Shown here piece by piece: positions 11,185 through 24,119 of a DNA stretch of 64,000 nt (positions within the stretch are counted from its first letter, which is position 1; each line of letters opens with the position of its first letter). Where the stretch lies: NCBI RefSeq assembly GCF_964213995.1, contig NC_135830.1, positions 9,672,001-9,736,000 of the forward strand, read 5' to 3'. The DNA is from Mustelus asterias (taxonomy: Eukaryota). The notes beneath the pieces are model-generated. The model was given only the letters and a program-made list of their open reading frames with translations. It did no database searches and had not been told where the DNA came from. The position numbers were made by a program, and so were the translations under genes.

Positions 11185-12212
11185 GGCAGTGCAAAGGTAC
11201 ATTTCTGAATGGAGGGCTGTGACAAGTGACGTTCCTCAGGGATCAGTGCTGGGACTTTTGCTGTTTGTAATATATATAAATGATTTGGAGGAAAATGTAA
11301 CTGGTTTGATTGGTAAGTTTGTGGACGACACAAAGGTTGGTGGAATTGCGGATAGCGATGGGGACTGGCAGAGGATACAGCAGGATATAGATCAGTTGGA
11401 GACTTGGGCAGAGAGATGGCAGATGAAGTTTAATCCGGACAAATGTGAGGTAATGCATTTTGGAAGGTCTAATACAGATGGGAAATATACAGTCAATGGA
11501 GAACCCTTCAGAGTATTCATAGGCAGAGGGATCTGGGTGTACAGGTGCACAGGTTATTGAAAGTGGCAATGAGGTGGAGAAGATAATCAAGAAGGCATAC
11601 GGCATGCTTGCCTTCTTCGGCCGGGGCATTGAGTTTAAAAATTGGTAAGTCATGTTGCAGCTTTATAGAACCTTAGTTAGACCGCACGTGGAATCTAGTG
11701 TTCATTTCTGGTCACCACACTACCAGAAGGAAGTGGGGGCTTTGGAGAGGGTATGGAAAATATTTACCAGGATGTTGCCTGGTAGCATTAGCTATGAGGA
11801 GAGGTTGGAGAAACTTGGTTTGTTCTCACTGGAACAACGGAGGTTGAGGGGGGCGACCTGATAGAAGTCTACAAGATTATGAGGGTCATGGACAGAGTGG
11901 ATAATCAGACGCTTTTTCCCAGGGTGGAAGAGTCAATTACGAGAGGCATAGGTTTAAGGTGCGGGGGGCAAGGTTTAAAGGAGATGTACAAGGCAGGTTT
12001 TTTACACAGAGCGTGGTGGGTGCCTGGAACCCGTTGCCGGGGAAGGTAGTGGAAGCAGATACGGCAGTGACTTTTAAGATGTGTCTTGACAAATATATGA
12101 ATAGCATAGGAACAGAGGGATATGGTCCCCGGAAAGGTAGGGGGTTTTAGTTCAGACGGGCAGCATGGTTGCTCCAGGCTTGGAGGGCCAAAGGGCTTGT
12201 TCCTGTGCTGTA
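11185..12212 (+). mobile_element. CR1-clade LINE 3' fragment (RT domain and 3' UTR)
   Basis: VPQGSVLG, FVDDTK, W-Q-M-x-FN-x-DKC motifs; frameshifted. Confidence 0.9.
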
Positions 12213-12239
12213 ATTTTCTTTGTTCTTCATTCTGTTTGG

Positions 12240-12580
12240 AACATCCCAAATGCCCATCCAATTTCCTTTTTAATTGTTTATTGTCGCTACTTCCTCCACC
12301 CTCGTAGGCAGCGAGTTCCAGGTCATCACCATTCACTGCATCAGAATATTCTTCCTCACATCTCCACCGCCCCCCCCCCCCCGCCCCCCACTCCCCCTCT
12401 CTTGCATCTCTGACCCAAAACAAGAAATCTGTGTCCCCCCTCGTCCTTGTCCCATCAGCTAATGGGAACAGCTTTTCTTTGTCCACCTTATCTAAACCTG
12501 TCAGAACCTTGTCCACCTCTATCAAATCTCCCCTCAACCTCCTTTGCTCCAAGGAAAACAACACCAGCCTGACATTGACA
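12240..12580 (-). mobile_element. Old CR1 3' fragment
   Basis: FSLEQRRLRGDLIEV...LFPL; also present in the inverted paralog at 22150-22320. Confidence 0.75.
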
Positions 12581-12994
12581 ATAAAGAACAAACTAACAGA
12601 ATATGTTACTGTCTGAAATCAAATGGGAATGTTTAATTTCTGTTTTAAAGATATTGTGAATATATTGTCCTGGACAATAAAGGAATTGGAATAACTCACC
12701 TTGGGTGTGGTTGAATGGAATATGTCAATCTGATATCCACCTACAGTCTAGTGAAAGTCTGGAATATGTAGCTGGAACTCCCTTCCTAACAGCACTGTGG
12801 GTGTACGTACACCTCAGGCATTGCAGCAGTTCAAGAAGGCACCCTTGGGGTTGGGGTTGACCATGGCCAAGGCAGCTACATACAGCCACATATTCTGTTA
12901 TAATTGAAGGACTGCAGATTGAATGTGAGGCATTGTGGGACTGGACTATCTTGACCATATTCCTGAGACTGCCCGGAAACTTGTGTCTATTTTA

Positions 12995-14430
12995 AAGAAC
13001 AAAGAACAATACAGCACAGGAACAGGCCCTTCGGCCCTCCAAGCCTGCACCGATCATGTGTTCCGAACGAGACCATCCGTTTGTATCCCTCTATTCCCAG
13101 TCTGTTCATATGGTTATCATTAAAATACGTCCCCTGCATATCTGTATTGAACCTTGCCCCCCCTTACCTTGAACTTGTGACCCCTTCTGTTTGTCGTTTC
13201 TGACCTGGGAAAAAGCTTCCAACTGTTCACCCTATCTATGCCCTTCATAATTTTATAAACTTCTATTAGGCCGCCCCTCCACCTCTGTTTTTCCAGGGAG
13301 AACAACCCTAGTTTACTCAATCTCTCCTCATAGCTAATACCCTCCATACCAGGCAACATCCTGGTTAACCTTTTCTGCACTCTCTCCAAAGCCTCCACGT
13401 CCTTCTGGTAGTGTGGCGACCAGAACTGGACGCAGTATTCCAAATGCGGCCGAACCAACGTTCTATACATCTGCACCATCAGACCCCAACTTTTATACTC
13501 TATGCCCCGTCCAATAAAAGCAAGCATGCCATATGCCTTCTTCACCACCCTTTCCACCTGTGTTGCCACCTTTAAGGTTCTGTGGACTTGCACATCCAGA
13601 TCCCTCTGCGTGTCTATACTCCTGATGGTTCTGCCATTTATTGTATAGCTCCCCCTGCATTAGATCTACTAAAATGCATCACTTCGCATTTATCTGGATT
13701 AAGTTCCATCTGCCATTTCTCCGCCCAATTTTCCAGCCTATCTATGTCCTGCTGTATTCTCTGACAATGTTCATCACAATCCACAACTCCAGCAATCATT
13801 GTGTCGTCCGCAAACTTACTAATCAGACTTGCTACATCTTCTTCCAAATCATTTATATATATCACAAACAGCAGAGGTCCCAATACAGAGCCCTGCGGAA
13901 CACCACTAGTCACAGACCTCCAATCAGAAAAAGACCCCTCCGCTGCTACCCTCTGTCTTCTATGGCCAAACCAGTTCTGTACCCATCTAGCGAGCTCACC
14001 TTTGATCCCGTGAGATTTAACCTTTTGCACCAGCCTGCCATGAGGGACCTTGTCAAATGCTTTACTAAAATCCATGTAGACGACATCCACGGCCCTTCCC
14101 TCGTCAGTCATTTTTGTCACCGCCTCAAAAAACTCAACCAAATTTGTGAGGCATGACCTCCCTCGCACAAAACCATGTTGTCTATTGCTAATGAGGTTAT
14201 TCAGTTCTAAATGTGTATAGATCCTATCTCTAAGAATCTTCTCCAACAATTTCCCTACCACGGACGTCAAGCTCACTGGCCTATGATTACCCGGGTTATC
14301 CTTGCTACCCTTCTTAAATAACGGGACCACATTTGCTATTCTCCAATCCTCTGGGACCTCACCTGTGTCCAATGAAGAAACAAAGATTTCTGTTAGAGGC
14401 CCAGCAATTTCATCTCTTGTCTCTCTCAGT
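12995..14430 (-). mobile_element. CR1-clade LINE (HER1-like) 5'-truncated RT fragment
   Basis: VPEDWRIANV, QHGF, DFSKAFDKV, GVPQGSVLGP, FADDT, RPHLEYCVQFWSP; AAAGAAC-type tail at 12994-13010. Confidence 0.92.
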
Positions 14431-15969
14431 AACTGGAAGTCCCTCCCTAACAGCACTGTGGGTGTACGTACACCTCAGGCATTGCAGCAGTTCAAGAAGG
14501 CACCCTTGGGGTTGACCATGGCCAAGGCAGCTACATACAGCCACATATTGTGTTATAATTGAAGAACTGCAGATTGAATGTGAGGCATTGTGGGACTGGA
14601 CTATCTTGACCATATTCCTGTGACTGCCCGGAAACTCATGTGTCTATTTTAGTTTAAAATTGAGGATTTCTGGGAATAATGTCTCAGATGGAGGCCAGAT
14701 TATCAAATTCAGTTCTCTCAAATAATTCATAGACAAGAAACAAGTATCTCCAAGAGAAAACTGTCACCTCATTCATCTCATCGAGACTTCCCTTTCACTC
14801 AAATCTTCATAAACACCCAAATGTATGGATTCCTTTAAACTACACTTTCAGGAGTTCTCGAGAATCTTTAGAGTTAAATAAATCATTAAATATTCTCATA
14901 ATATCTTTTAACAGAAACCAAACATTTCTGTTTGATTCCAGGCATTATCAACTTTGTTCTTTCCCTTAAACACCAGGTAATTTCCATTTTAAATGCTTGA
15001 AATAGCAACTCACATCAGATATTTATCAATTCCAATCTCAAAAGCAGGCTTGTTGGCTTTCTGAAAAGTAAAGTCTTTTATTCTCTGCTTTAATTCTCAA
15101 AACTGCTGCCTTCACTCGGATTGTTTGTGAGTGAAACCGTCATCACCTGTTTAAAAAAACCCCATAAACAATCCATCTGGCTCTGGCCAAGATCCCAGTG
15201 AGTTAATGTGTCCAATCACAGGTTACATTAAAAAACAAAGGCTGTGTGGAGATTTATAAAAATGAGCTGTCTGCTGAAAGGGTTAACTTCTCTGTGGAAC
15301 CGAGAGAGGCGGGGAGTGGGCAGAGGAAACTTGGCAATTCCATCAACTTACATAATTTAAAAAACTTCTCTCGTGTTATTTTCTTCAATTTTGTTCAAAT
15401 TTCATCTCTTTTATCTATCCTTTTTTGAACACCAATTTCAATTTTCAATATTTGCTACTTAATCAAAGTTGAAAGAAATACTTTGTGAAATGTGTTGTTA
15501 ACTGAATCTCAACAATTTTAACTCAAATGTTTTGGAAAGTTGGAACTGGTTTGCTGCCAAACTGCAGCCTTATCTTTCTGTTTTGGGAGCAAATTGTCCT
15601 TCACAATTCTAACCTTGAACAAGTTAATTTCAAACCCAAATACATTCCTTTCACATTTTAGTACAGTCTGAATTTATTTCAAACAGAAACTCACGGCTGT
15701 TCAAATTAAATTAATTTTTATTCCCTTTCCAAACTAATTCTTCGAATCTGTGATGCCTGCAAACAACGCCCTGCCTCAACAATTATGACTCAAATGTACG
15801 GTATTCCTTCAACTGAGCAAACCAACTTGGAGTAAGCGTTGTGGATCATGACGGTGCAAAGGTCATGGCTAACCTCACACACCTGCATTCCCTTATCACA
15901 CAGGAGAGGCAGAGGAGAGGGAGGAGTGCTTTCAGTGATTCTTTTTTTGGAGAAAACAACTACATCTGC

Positions 15970-16490
15970 TCACTGGTGACTGATTTGTGTCTCAGGTTGT
16001 TTGATGTTAGCTAAACATTGGGAGTGGTCTGCTTCAGGGGAGGTGTCACTTTGTGGCTGAATTACCTTTCTCAAAGTCCCCATGGCATCTTCTAACTCTT
16101 CACTTGATTTGATATTTTCTGATTGTAAATCAATATCTTGTTCCAGAGTTTGGCCGAACAGCAGTAGATTTTTCTGAGCTCCACTCACCCTATCATCTGC
16201 CCCCTGTTCCCAATGTAACTGATTGTCCAGGTCAGACGTGCTCTCCTGCCAGCAATCAGCTCCATTCTGCAGCTTATCCACCAGTTCCCTCAACTCTTTA
16301 TATTTTGTACTCAGCTGTGAGGCAACAGGTTTCCAATGTAACTGTAAATTAATTTATTCTGGACTTTTTCCAACTCGCTATTTCCTTTCTGAATCTCTTT
16401 AGAAAACCTATCAAGGACCCGCTCGTAATCTCCGTCAAATTCTTCTCCACCTCCCAGGGTATCTTTTATTCCTGATGCCGTTGACTCCAT
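15970..16490 (-). pseudogene. Disrupted coiled-coil-like ORF remnant, possibly retroelement gag/ORF1
   Basis: Two consecutive E/Q/L-rich reading frames separated by a stop and frameshift; no recognisable motif. Confidence 0.25.
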
Positions 16491-16599
16491 TGTCAAACTG
16501 TCAGTCACATTGTAGCAGATGCCAAAGCCATTGTTGTATTTGCTTTTTTGAGGCAGCAGTGCTAACCACTGTGCCACTGGATGGAATGCTGGCCCAGTG

Positions 16600-16810
16600 G
16601 AGAGATACATAGAAACTAGAAGCAGGAGAAGGCCATTCGGCCCCTTGAGCCTGTTCCACCACTCATCTTCATCATGGCTGATCATCGAATTCAATTTCCT
16701 GATTCCACCCCCCCACCGCCCGCCCGCCTCCCATATCCCTTGATCCCGTTAGCCCCAAGAGTATATCTCATATCTTCTTGAAATCAGACAATGTTTTGGC
16801 CTCAACTATA
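16600..16810 (-). mobile_element. CR1 3' end fragment
   Basis: Reverse complement resembles 60960-61158. Confidence 0.75.
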
Positions 16811-17167
16811 GGGTGACATGGTGGCACAGTGGTTAGCACTGCTGCCTCACAGCGCCAGGCATTTAATTCCAGCCTTGGGTGAGTGTCTGTGTGGAGTTTG
16901 CATGTTCTCCCTGTGTCTGCATGGGCTTCCTCCGGGTGCTCCAGTTTCCACCCACAGACCAAAGATGCCCAGGTGCGGTGGATTTGCAATGTTGAATTCC
17001 CTCTTAGTATCCCAAGCTGTGTGGGTTAGATCGGTTAGCCATGGTAAATGTGTGAGATTACAGGGATAGGGCAGGGGAGAGGGCCTGGGTAAGGTGCTCT
17101 GTTAGAGAGATGGTGCAGACTCGATGGTCCGAATGGTCCCTTCTGCACTGGAGGGATTCTATGATTC
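16811..17167 (+). mobile_element. HE1/V-SINE-like SINE
   Basis: Head, core and tail present. Confidence 0.85.
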
Positions 17168-17597
17168 AATGAACACAGGAATGGTCAGAATTATTTCACA
17201 TGTCCCAAATTTTAAATAACCATTACAATTAAAACTCTCTCATACTCACATGTGTGAGTTTGAATCCGGATTAAAATTCCCACATGTTTAGCAAAGTATC
17301 CTGGAATCATGTCTCTGGCCAGTAAATGTGGCTCTAGGTTCACAACTTTTGTGAAAAAAAGCTTTATTAATTACACGTCCTTGATTTAAATCTGTTTGAC
17401 ATGTGAGTATGAGAGAGTTTTAATTGTAATGGTTATTTAAAATTTGGGACATGTGAAATAATTCTGACCATTCCTGTGTTCATTGAATCATAGAATCCCT
17501 CCAGTGCAGAAGGGACCATTCGGACCATCGAGTCTGCACCATCTCTCCAACAGAGCACCTTACCCAGGCCCTCTCCCCTGCCCTATCCCTGTAATCT
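17055..17597. repeat. 199-bp near-perfect inverted repeat (17055-17253 and 17399-17597)
   Basis: Arms are reverse complements with one mismatch seen; each spans a SINE tail plus unique flank. Confidence 0.9.
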
Positions 17598-17974
17598 GTT
17601 TGATTTAAATCACAGACAGAAAACCTGAAAGCTTGAAGCATTCAACCCACAAATATCATCCATGCACAAGCAGAGAAACTTAGCATGTGCTTTACAACAA
17701 CGACGACCAAAATTAATTCCTTAAGCGTTCTTGTGGTTCTGTTTCGAAACTTCCAGAAATGCCTTCAATTAAAGACTCAAGATAAGGTTAATTCCCCAGA
17801 AAGATAAACCTTAACAAATGTAGCCCAAAACAATGATAAAACACATCTACAAACATCCACATGAAACAAATGAAACACACAGGTTCTCACAGCTCGTAAA
17901 TTTCAAACAATGAATCCTCAGCATTCTCTCTCACAGCGATAGCTTCTTGAAGCGACAGAGCACTACAAACGTTT

Positions 17975-18895
17975 CACAATGTACATTAATGATTTGGAAG
18001 ATGGAACTGAAGGCACTGTTGCTAAGTTTGCAGATGATACAAAGATATGTGGAGGGACAGGTAGTATTGAGGGAGCAGGGGGGCTGCAGAAGGACTTTGA
18101 TGGGCTCGGAGAGTGGGCAAAGTGGCAGATGGAATACAATGTGGAAAAGTGTGAGATTATGCACTTGGGTAGGAGGAATGGAGTCATCGACTATTTTCTA
18201 AATGGGGAAATGCTTCGGCAATCAGAAGCACAAAGGGACTTGGGAGTCATTGTTCAAGATTCTCTTAAAGTTAACGTGCAGGTTTAGTTGGCAGTTCGGA
18301 AGGCAGATGCAATGTTAGCATTCATGTCAAGAGGGTTAGAATACAAGAGTAGGAATGTACTTCTGAGGCTGTATAAGGCTCTGGTCAGACCCCATTTGGA
18401 GTATTGTGAGCAGTTTTGAGCCCCACATCTAAGGAAGGATATGCTGGTCTTGGAAAGGATCTGGAGGAGCTTCACAAGAATGATCTCTGGAATGAAGAGC
18501 TTGTCGTATGAAGAATGGTTGAGGACTCCGGGCCTGCACTCATTGGAGTTTAGAAGGATGAGGGGAGATCTTATTGAAACTTAGTAGGAAAAAACTAGAA
18601 CTAGAGGGCACAACCTCAGGCTAAAGGGATGATCCTTTAAAACAGAGATGAGGAGGAGTTTCTTCAGCCAGAGAGTGGTGAATCTTTGGAACTCTTTGCC
18701 GCAGAAGGCTGTGAAGGTCAGTTCGTTGAGTGTCTGTAAGACAGAGATAGATAGGTTCTTGATTAATAAGGGGATCAGGGGTTATGGGGAAAAGGCAGGA
18801 GAATGGGGATGAGAAAAATATCAGCCATGATTGAATAGCGGAGAAGACTCGATGGGTCTGGTGGCCTATTTCTGCTCCTATGTCTTATGGTCTAA
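17975..18895 (+). mobile_element. CR1 LINE 3' fragment
   Basis: YINDL...KFADDTK, WQMEYNVEKC, 3' UTR. Confidence 0.9.
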
Positions 18896-19694
18896 GTTCA
18901 CAACTCCTTGATTAAAATAAGACACAAGATCCTTCATTCCCCTTCATTATAACTTAAACTTTTTTTTAGCCAACTTCCAAGGCCTGATTTTATCGGAAAC
19001 ATCAAGTCTTTGTTGATTTAAAATCCCAAACATGTTGCCAGCTGCAAAATCTTTGTTCTTTATCTGGGGTTGAGGTGACAACACGATAAAATCCTCACAG
19101 TTCTTCCAAATTCCTCCAGGCTCCGCTTAAAATTTCCACGTTTCACTGGTTCCCATAAATCCTCAATCAAAAACTAAAATAGACACATGAGTTTCCAGGT
19201 GATTTACAAAGAAATGAACTGTCTGCTGAAAGGGTTAACTTTTCTACAGAACCTAAAGGGGTCGGGAGTGAGCAGAAAAAACTTGGCCCACAATTACTTC
19301 ACTTTACATATGATGGGGGTTTTTCTCGGAGGCTAAGTATTGAGCTGAACTCAGTTAATACAAAGATTTGCAAAAGACAGTATACTGGTTAAAGGCATTA
19401 CTTATTGAGAAAGGCAGCTGGGCAGTCCAATTCCTTTCTAAAGTTACAATACATTGGCCATGTAGTTATACTATTTTGAAAGTTCATTTCATCCTCCCAC
19501 TCTGCCATCCTAACTGGATGCTCCAATCATGTTCATGCACAATATTTACCTTGGCCAATAACATCCTATCTTCTGGAAGAATGGGAATTCATTGGTCTGT
19601 AGAATCTGAAAGTTCCTGCCCACTGTTACTTTGCAACATTCACTTACGTAGGTCCAGAGGGTTCAAAGGTTGCTTTCTAACTGACTCTCAGCAC

Positions 19695-20003
19695 GGGCGA
19701 CACAGTGGCACAGTGGTTAGCACTGCTGCCTCACAGCGCCAGGGACCCGAGTTCGATTCCCGGCTTGGGTCACTGTCTGTGTGGAGTTTGCACATTCTCC
19801 CCGTGTCTGCGTGGGTTTCCTCTGGGTGCTCAGGTTTTCTCCCACAATCCAAAGATGTGCCGGTTAAGTGGATTAGACATGCTAAATTGCCCCTTAGTGT
19901 CAGGCGGACTAGCTAGGGTAAATGGGGATAGGGCCTGGGTGGGATTCTGGTTGGTGCAGATTTGATGGGCCAAATGGCCTCCTTCTGCACTGTAGGATTC
20001 TGT
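19695..20003 (+). mobile_element. HE1/V-SINE-like SINE
   Basis: Head, core and tail present. Confidence 0.9.
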
Positions 20004-20829
20004 AACTCTGTGATAACTTCTATTACAGAGCTTATAGGGTTCAAAAGTTCCTTTCCACTGTCTGCTGAGCCATCCCTTATCAGTAAAAAATGAATAATTC
20101 TATTCATTCTAATGTCTGGGAAGCAAGTATTTTCTATAACTCATACTGATAAAAACTGTGTTCTGTGGCTTCACCGTTCTGAAAGAATGTGGCCTGTCTC
20201 ACTCAGCTTTTATCCCATTATGCTTTAGGGCAGTCTGCAGTTTGGCCAAGGTATACATTTTAGTACAAAAAGTATATTTAAATCTGAAATACATGTTTAA
20301 ATTCTCTACCAGTGGTTATATGTGTCTCTATGCAGACAGTACCTTTGTATAATATAAATAAGGCACATTGTGGTCCTTATTCTACATTAGTCTAAGTCAG
20401 TCCACCCTGTTTCAATAGCCTTTATTAGTTTTTAATCTCAAGGTATTCTGAACCCCTCTAACAAAATAACTTTAAAAAATTTAAAGTTTATAATTAGTCT
20501 CAAGTAAGCTTACATTAACACTGCAATGAAGTTACTGTAAAAAATCCCCTCTCTAACAACAAAAGAAACTTGATTTTAAACTTCATCTATGAATTTTTTT
20601 GTTATATTCTCAACCTATTTTAATTTGATCAGTTTTTGTTAGGGATGGGTAATTTCTGTTCTTTATAAACTGGTTCACTCATTTTGTTAATTCTACATGG
20701 GCTCGGAGAATCAGAACCCAGACTCTATCATCCATATCCTTTTTCTCCTTTTGCCACCACTTTCTCTCTGTTTTGCGGGAGGATCGTGGGGATTCCAATC
20801 AGACCGAATCATTTATTATAAAAGTAAAA

Positions 20830-20972
20830 CAAAAACAGAAAATGCTGGAAAATCCCAGCAGATCTGACAGTATCTGTAGGGAGAGAATCGAGCCAACGTT
20901 TCAAGTCTGGAAGACCCTTCATCAGAGCTCCTATGAAGTGTCACCTCGACTCAAAATGTTGGCTCTATTCTC
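20830..20972 (-). mobile_element. Penelope-like family 2 terminal fragment plus a short inverted copy
   Basis: CAGAAAATGCTGGAAAATC...TCAGAGCTC, followed by an opposite-strand decayed copy ending TGTTGGCTCTATTCTC. Confidence 0.7.
20890..20930 (-). ncRNA. Minimal type I hammerhead ribozyme motif
   Basis: Minus strand GAGCU-CUGAUGA-A-GGGUC-UUCCA-GACUU-GAAA-CG-UU-GGCUC; stem I GAGCU/GGCUC, palindromic ACGU stem III. Confidence 0.75.
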
Positions 20973-21334
20973 AAATCGTTTTATCGTTAAGTTTCTTGTT
21001 CTTAGTTTCCAAAAGACAGGTAAGAAATCTGTCTGGTGCCCACTCGAGCTCTGATTTGTCACTGGCCATGCTTGGGTAAGATTATAACCATTAGAATCCA
21101 CTCTTAGAGGTCCACTTTTCAGTCCAGTGCTACTTGGAGTGTACCGTCACTTCACCGACTACCGGGTCACAAGACCTTCACAGTTCTTATCACAAATTTA
21201 TGATAAAATAATGTAAACATGCCTGAAAACGCTTCACTTCTTCGCTACCTACCACTGTTTATTGATTAGTCAGCCCCCTTTTTTACAGATTCCAGGATCT
21301 CAGCTGCTGAACACCAGCCGGTCCCGCAATAATC

Positions 21335-21656
21335 TCATAGAATCTCGACAGTGCAGAAGGAGGCCATTCGGCCCATCAAGTTTGCACCAACCACAGTCCC
21401 ACCAACCCTATCCCCATAATCCCATTCATTTACCCTAGCTAGTCCCCCTGACACTAAGGGGCAATTTAGCATGGCCAATCCATCTAACCTGCACTTCTTT
21501 GGACTGTGGGAGGAAACCGGAGCACCTGGAGGAAACCTACACAGACACGGGGAGAATGTGCAAACTCCACACAGACTGTGACCCAAGCTGGGAATCGAAC
21601 CCGGGTTCCTTGCGCTGTGAGGCAGCAGTGCTAACCACTGTGCCACGTGCCACCCC
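21335..21656 (-). mobile_element. HE1/V-SINE-like SINE
   Basis: Reverse-complement copy. Confidence 0.9.
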
Positions 21657-22424
21657 AGTTTAATTCTAACTCATTCTGAGTAAATATTCTCACCAGGTCC
21701 TCTGTTGGGGCCCTGCTGAGCAGCTTTAATGGTCCGTGATTGCAGAAACTGAGCAGTCACAGGAATGTGGTCAAGATAGTCCAGTCCCATAATGCCTCAC
21801 ATTCAATCTGCAGTCCTTCAATTATAACAGAATATGTGGCTGTATGTAGCTGCCTCGGCCGTGGTCAACCCCAACACTGCCTTCCTGAACTGCTACAATG
21901 CCTGAGGTGTAAGTACACCCACAGTGCTGTTAGGGAGGGATTTCCAGCTACACATTCCAGACTTTCACTAGACTGTAGGTGGATATCAGATTGATATATT
22001 CCATTCAACCACACCCAAGATGAGTTATTCCAATTCCTTTATTGTCCAGGACAATATATTCACAATATCTTTAAAACAGAAATTAAACATTCCCATTTGA
22101 TTTCAGGTATTAACATATTCTGTTAGTTTGTTCTTTATTGTCAATGTCAGGCTGGGGTTGTTCCCTTGGAGCAAAGGAGGTTGAGGGGAGATTTGATAGA
22201 GGTGGACAAGATTCTGACAGGTTTAGATAAGGTGGACAAAGAAAAGCTGTTCCCATTAGCTGATGGGACAAGGATGAGGGGGACACAGATTTATGGTTTT
22301 GGGTCAGAGATGCAGGGGGGTCACCCTTCGACCCTCCCCATTGACCAACTGTGAGAATGAACAAAATGCAGTCCTGGGTGTAATTGAGAGCAGAAACAAT
22401 AACAGCAGAATCCAACCTCTGAAA

Positions 22425-23015
22425 TCACTCGTGAACTCGCTGGTGTCTCAACAGGTGGGATGACTGAGCGAATCCCTTCCCACACTGAGGGCAGGTGAAT
22501 GGCCTCTCCCCAGTATGAATGTGCTCATGTGCCCGCAGGTTGGATGAACAAGCGAATCCCTTCCCACACTGAGAGCAGATGAATGGCCTCTCCCCAGTGT
22601 GAACTCGCTGGTGTATCCGCAGGTCAGATGACCGAGTGAATCCCTTCCCACACTGAGAGCAGGTGAATGGCTTCTCCCCAGTGTGAACTCGCTGGTGCCT
22701 CCGCAGGCTGGATAAATGACTGAATCCCTCCCCACACTGAAAACACGTGAACAGCCTCTCCCCAGTGTGAACTCGCTGGTGTGTCAGCAGGTTGAATGAC
22801 TGAATGAATCCCTTCCCACACTGAGAACACATGAACGGTCTCTCCCCAGTGTGAACTCGCTGGTGTCTCTGCAGGTTGAATGACTGAGTGAATCCCTCCC
22901 CACACTGAGAGCACATGAATGGTCTCTCCCCAGTGTGGTTGCGCCGATGAGCTTCCAGCTCATTTGGGTATCTGTATCTCTTCCCACAGTCTGCACATTT
23001 CCATGGTTTCTCCAT
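22425..23015 (-). CDS. C2H2 zinc-finger protein C, 7 fingers; inverted paralog of B
   Basis: accATG at 23015 (MEKPWKC), intact ORF; acceptor CACAG|GACAT at 23366/23365; flanks homologous to those of B. Confidence 0.9.
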   Translation of the reverse strand: MEKPWKCADCGKRYRYPNELEAHRRNHTGERPFMCSQCGEGFTQSFNLQRHQRVHTGERPFMCSQCGKGFIQSFNLLTHQRVHTGERLFTCFQCGEGFSHLSSLRRHQRVHTGEKPFTCSQCGKGFTRSSDLRIHQRVHTGERPFICSQCGKGFACSSNLRAHEHIHTGERPFTCPQCGKGFAQSSHLLRHQRVHE

Positions 23016-24119
23016 GGTGCAGGTGTCCTTGCCTCTCTCTTGTGTGGACAATCCGTTGAAGCCTCGTCCACACACAGAACACGGGTACAGTCTCTCGCTG
23101 CTGTGAATGATGTGATATTTATTCAGGCTGTGTAACTGGTTAAAGCTCTTTAGTCAGTGCGCTGGAACACTCTCACTCGAGTGTGGCAGTGTGTTGGTGC
23201 TTTTCCAGTCACACTGATGTTTGAAATCTTTTCAAATCAACAGACCGGACAATCATTTCTCCTTCGAGATTCAAAGTCCGATGATATTGAGCTCCCAAGG
23301 AATATGACTCTGTCAGATCTGACATGACGTTTGAGATTTCGGGCTGTGATTCCTCTTTCAATGTCCTGTGAAATTAGTTTACAAAAGTCATCAGTGTCAG
23401 TACAGGATAGAAAGTCAGAACAGGATTCTATTTAAAAATGAAAGTGGATGGGCACTTGAAGGAAATAAACTTTCAGGAGAATGGGGATATAGAGTGGGAA
23501 TGGGACTGGAATGTTATACAGAGAGTCAGCATGGACTCGAGTTACCAAATGTATTCCTTCTGTGCTGTAATGACTTTATGACTGGAAATGTATAACATCG
23601 CTACAGCATTATATTACAATGCAAGAAATAATAATAAATACAGAAACATAAATAATTTATCTAATCTGGGTACCATATAATAACACTAGACATATCTCTG
23701 TCCTATATTAATTTACTGTCCCCTTAAATATCAGCCATCTCCTGCCCTTTAATTGTGAACATTAGGAAAGAGACCATCCTTTTAGACAGAAAGAAGATTA
23801 ACGTTTCAGGGTGGGCAGAATGAATTACAGGGAATAAAAATGAATCAGATTTTGTTGGTTAATATAAGCTCAGAAGTGGAAGGGAAATGATCTCCAGTGG
23901 AAGAGAAACAGTTCCTGAACATTGTAAGACTAAGCTGGTCACTCAGCAGTGAATAGAGTTGTGAAGTGGTAAAAACCTCATCAAGACATAGCTTGTGGAA
24001 ATAATAGTTAAAATACACCCATTATTAGAGGCAGAGGAAGGTAGACAATGGCAGAGAGCTGATCAGGGAGGGCAGAGGTGAAACAGAGAAATGGATGGTC
24101 GTTTAAAAATTCATAAAAA

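Noticed and set aside
13120-14456. Autonomous reverse transcriptase gene or retron-like system
   Set aside because: 5'-truncated, frameshifted CR1 fragment; no intact element in the window
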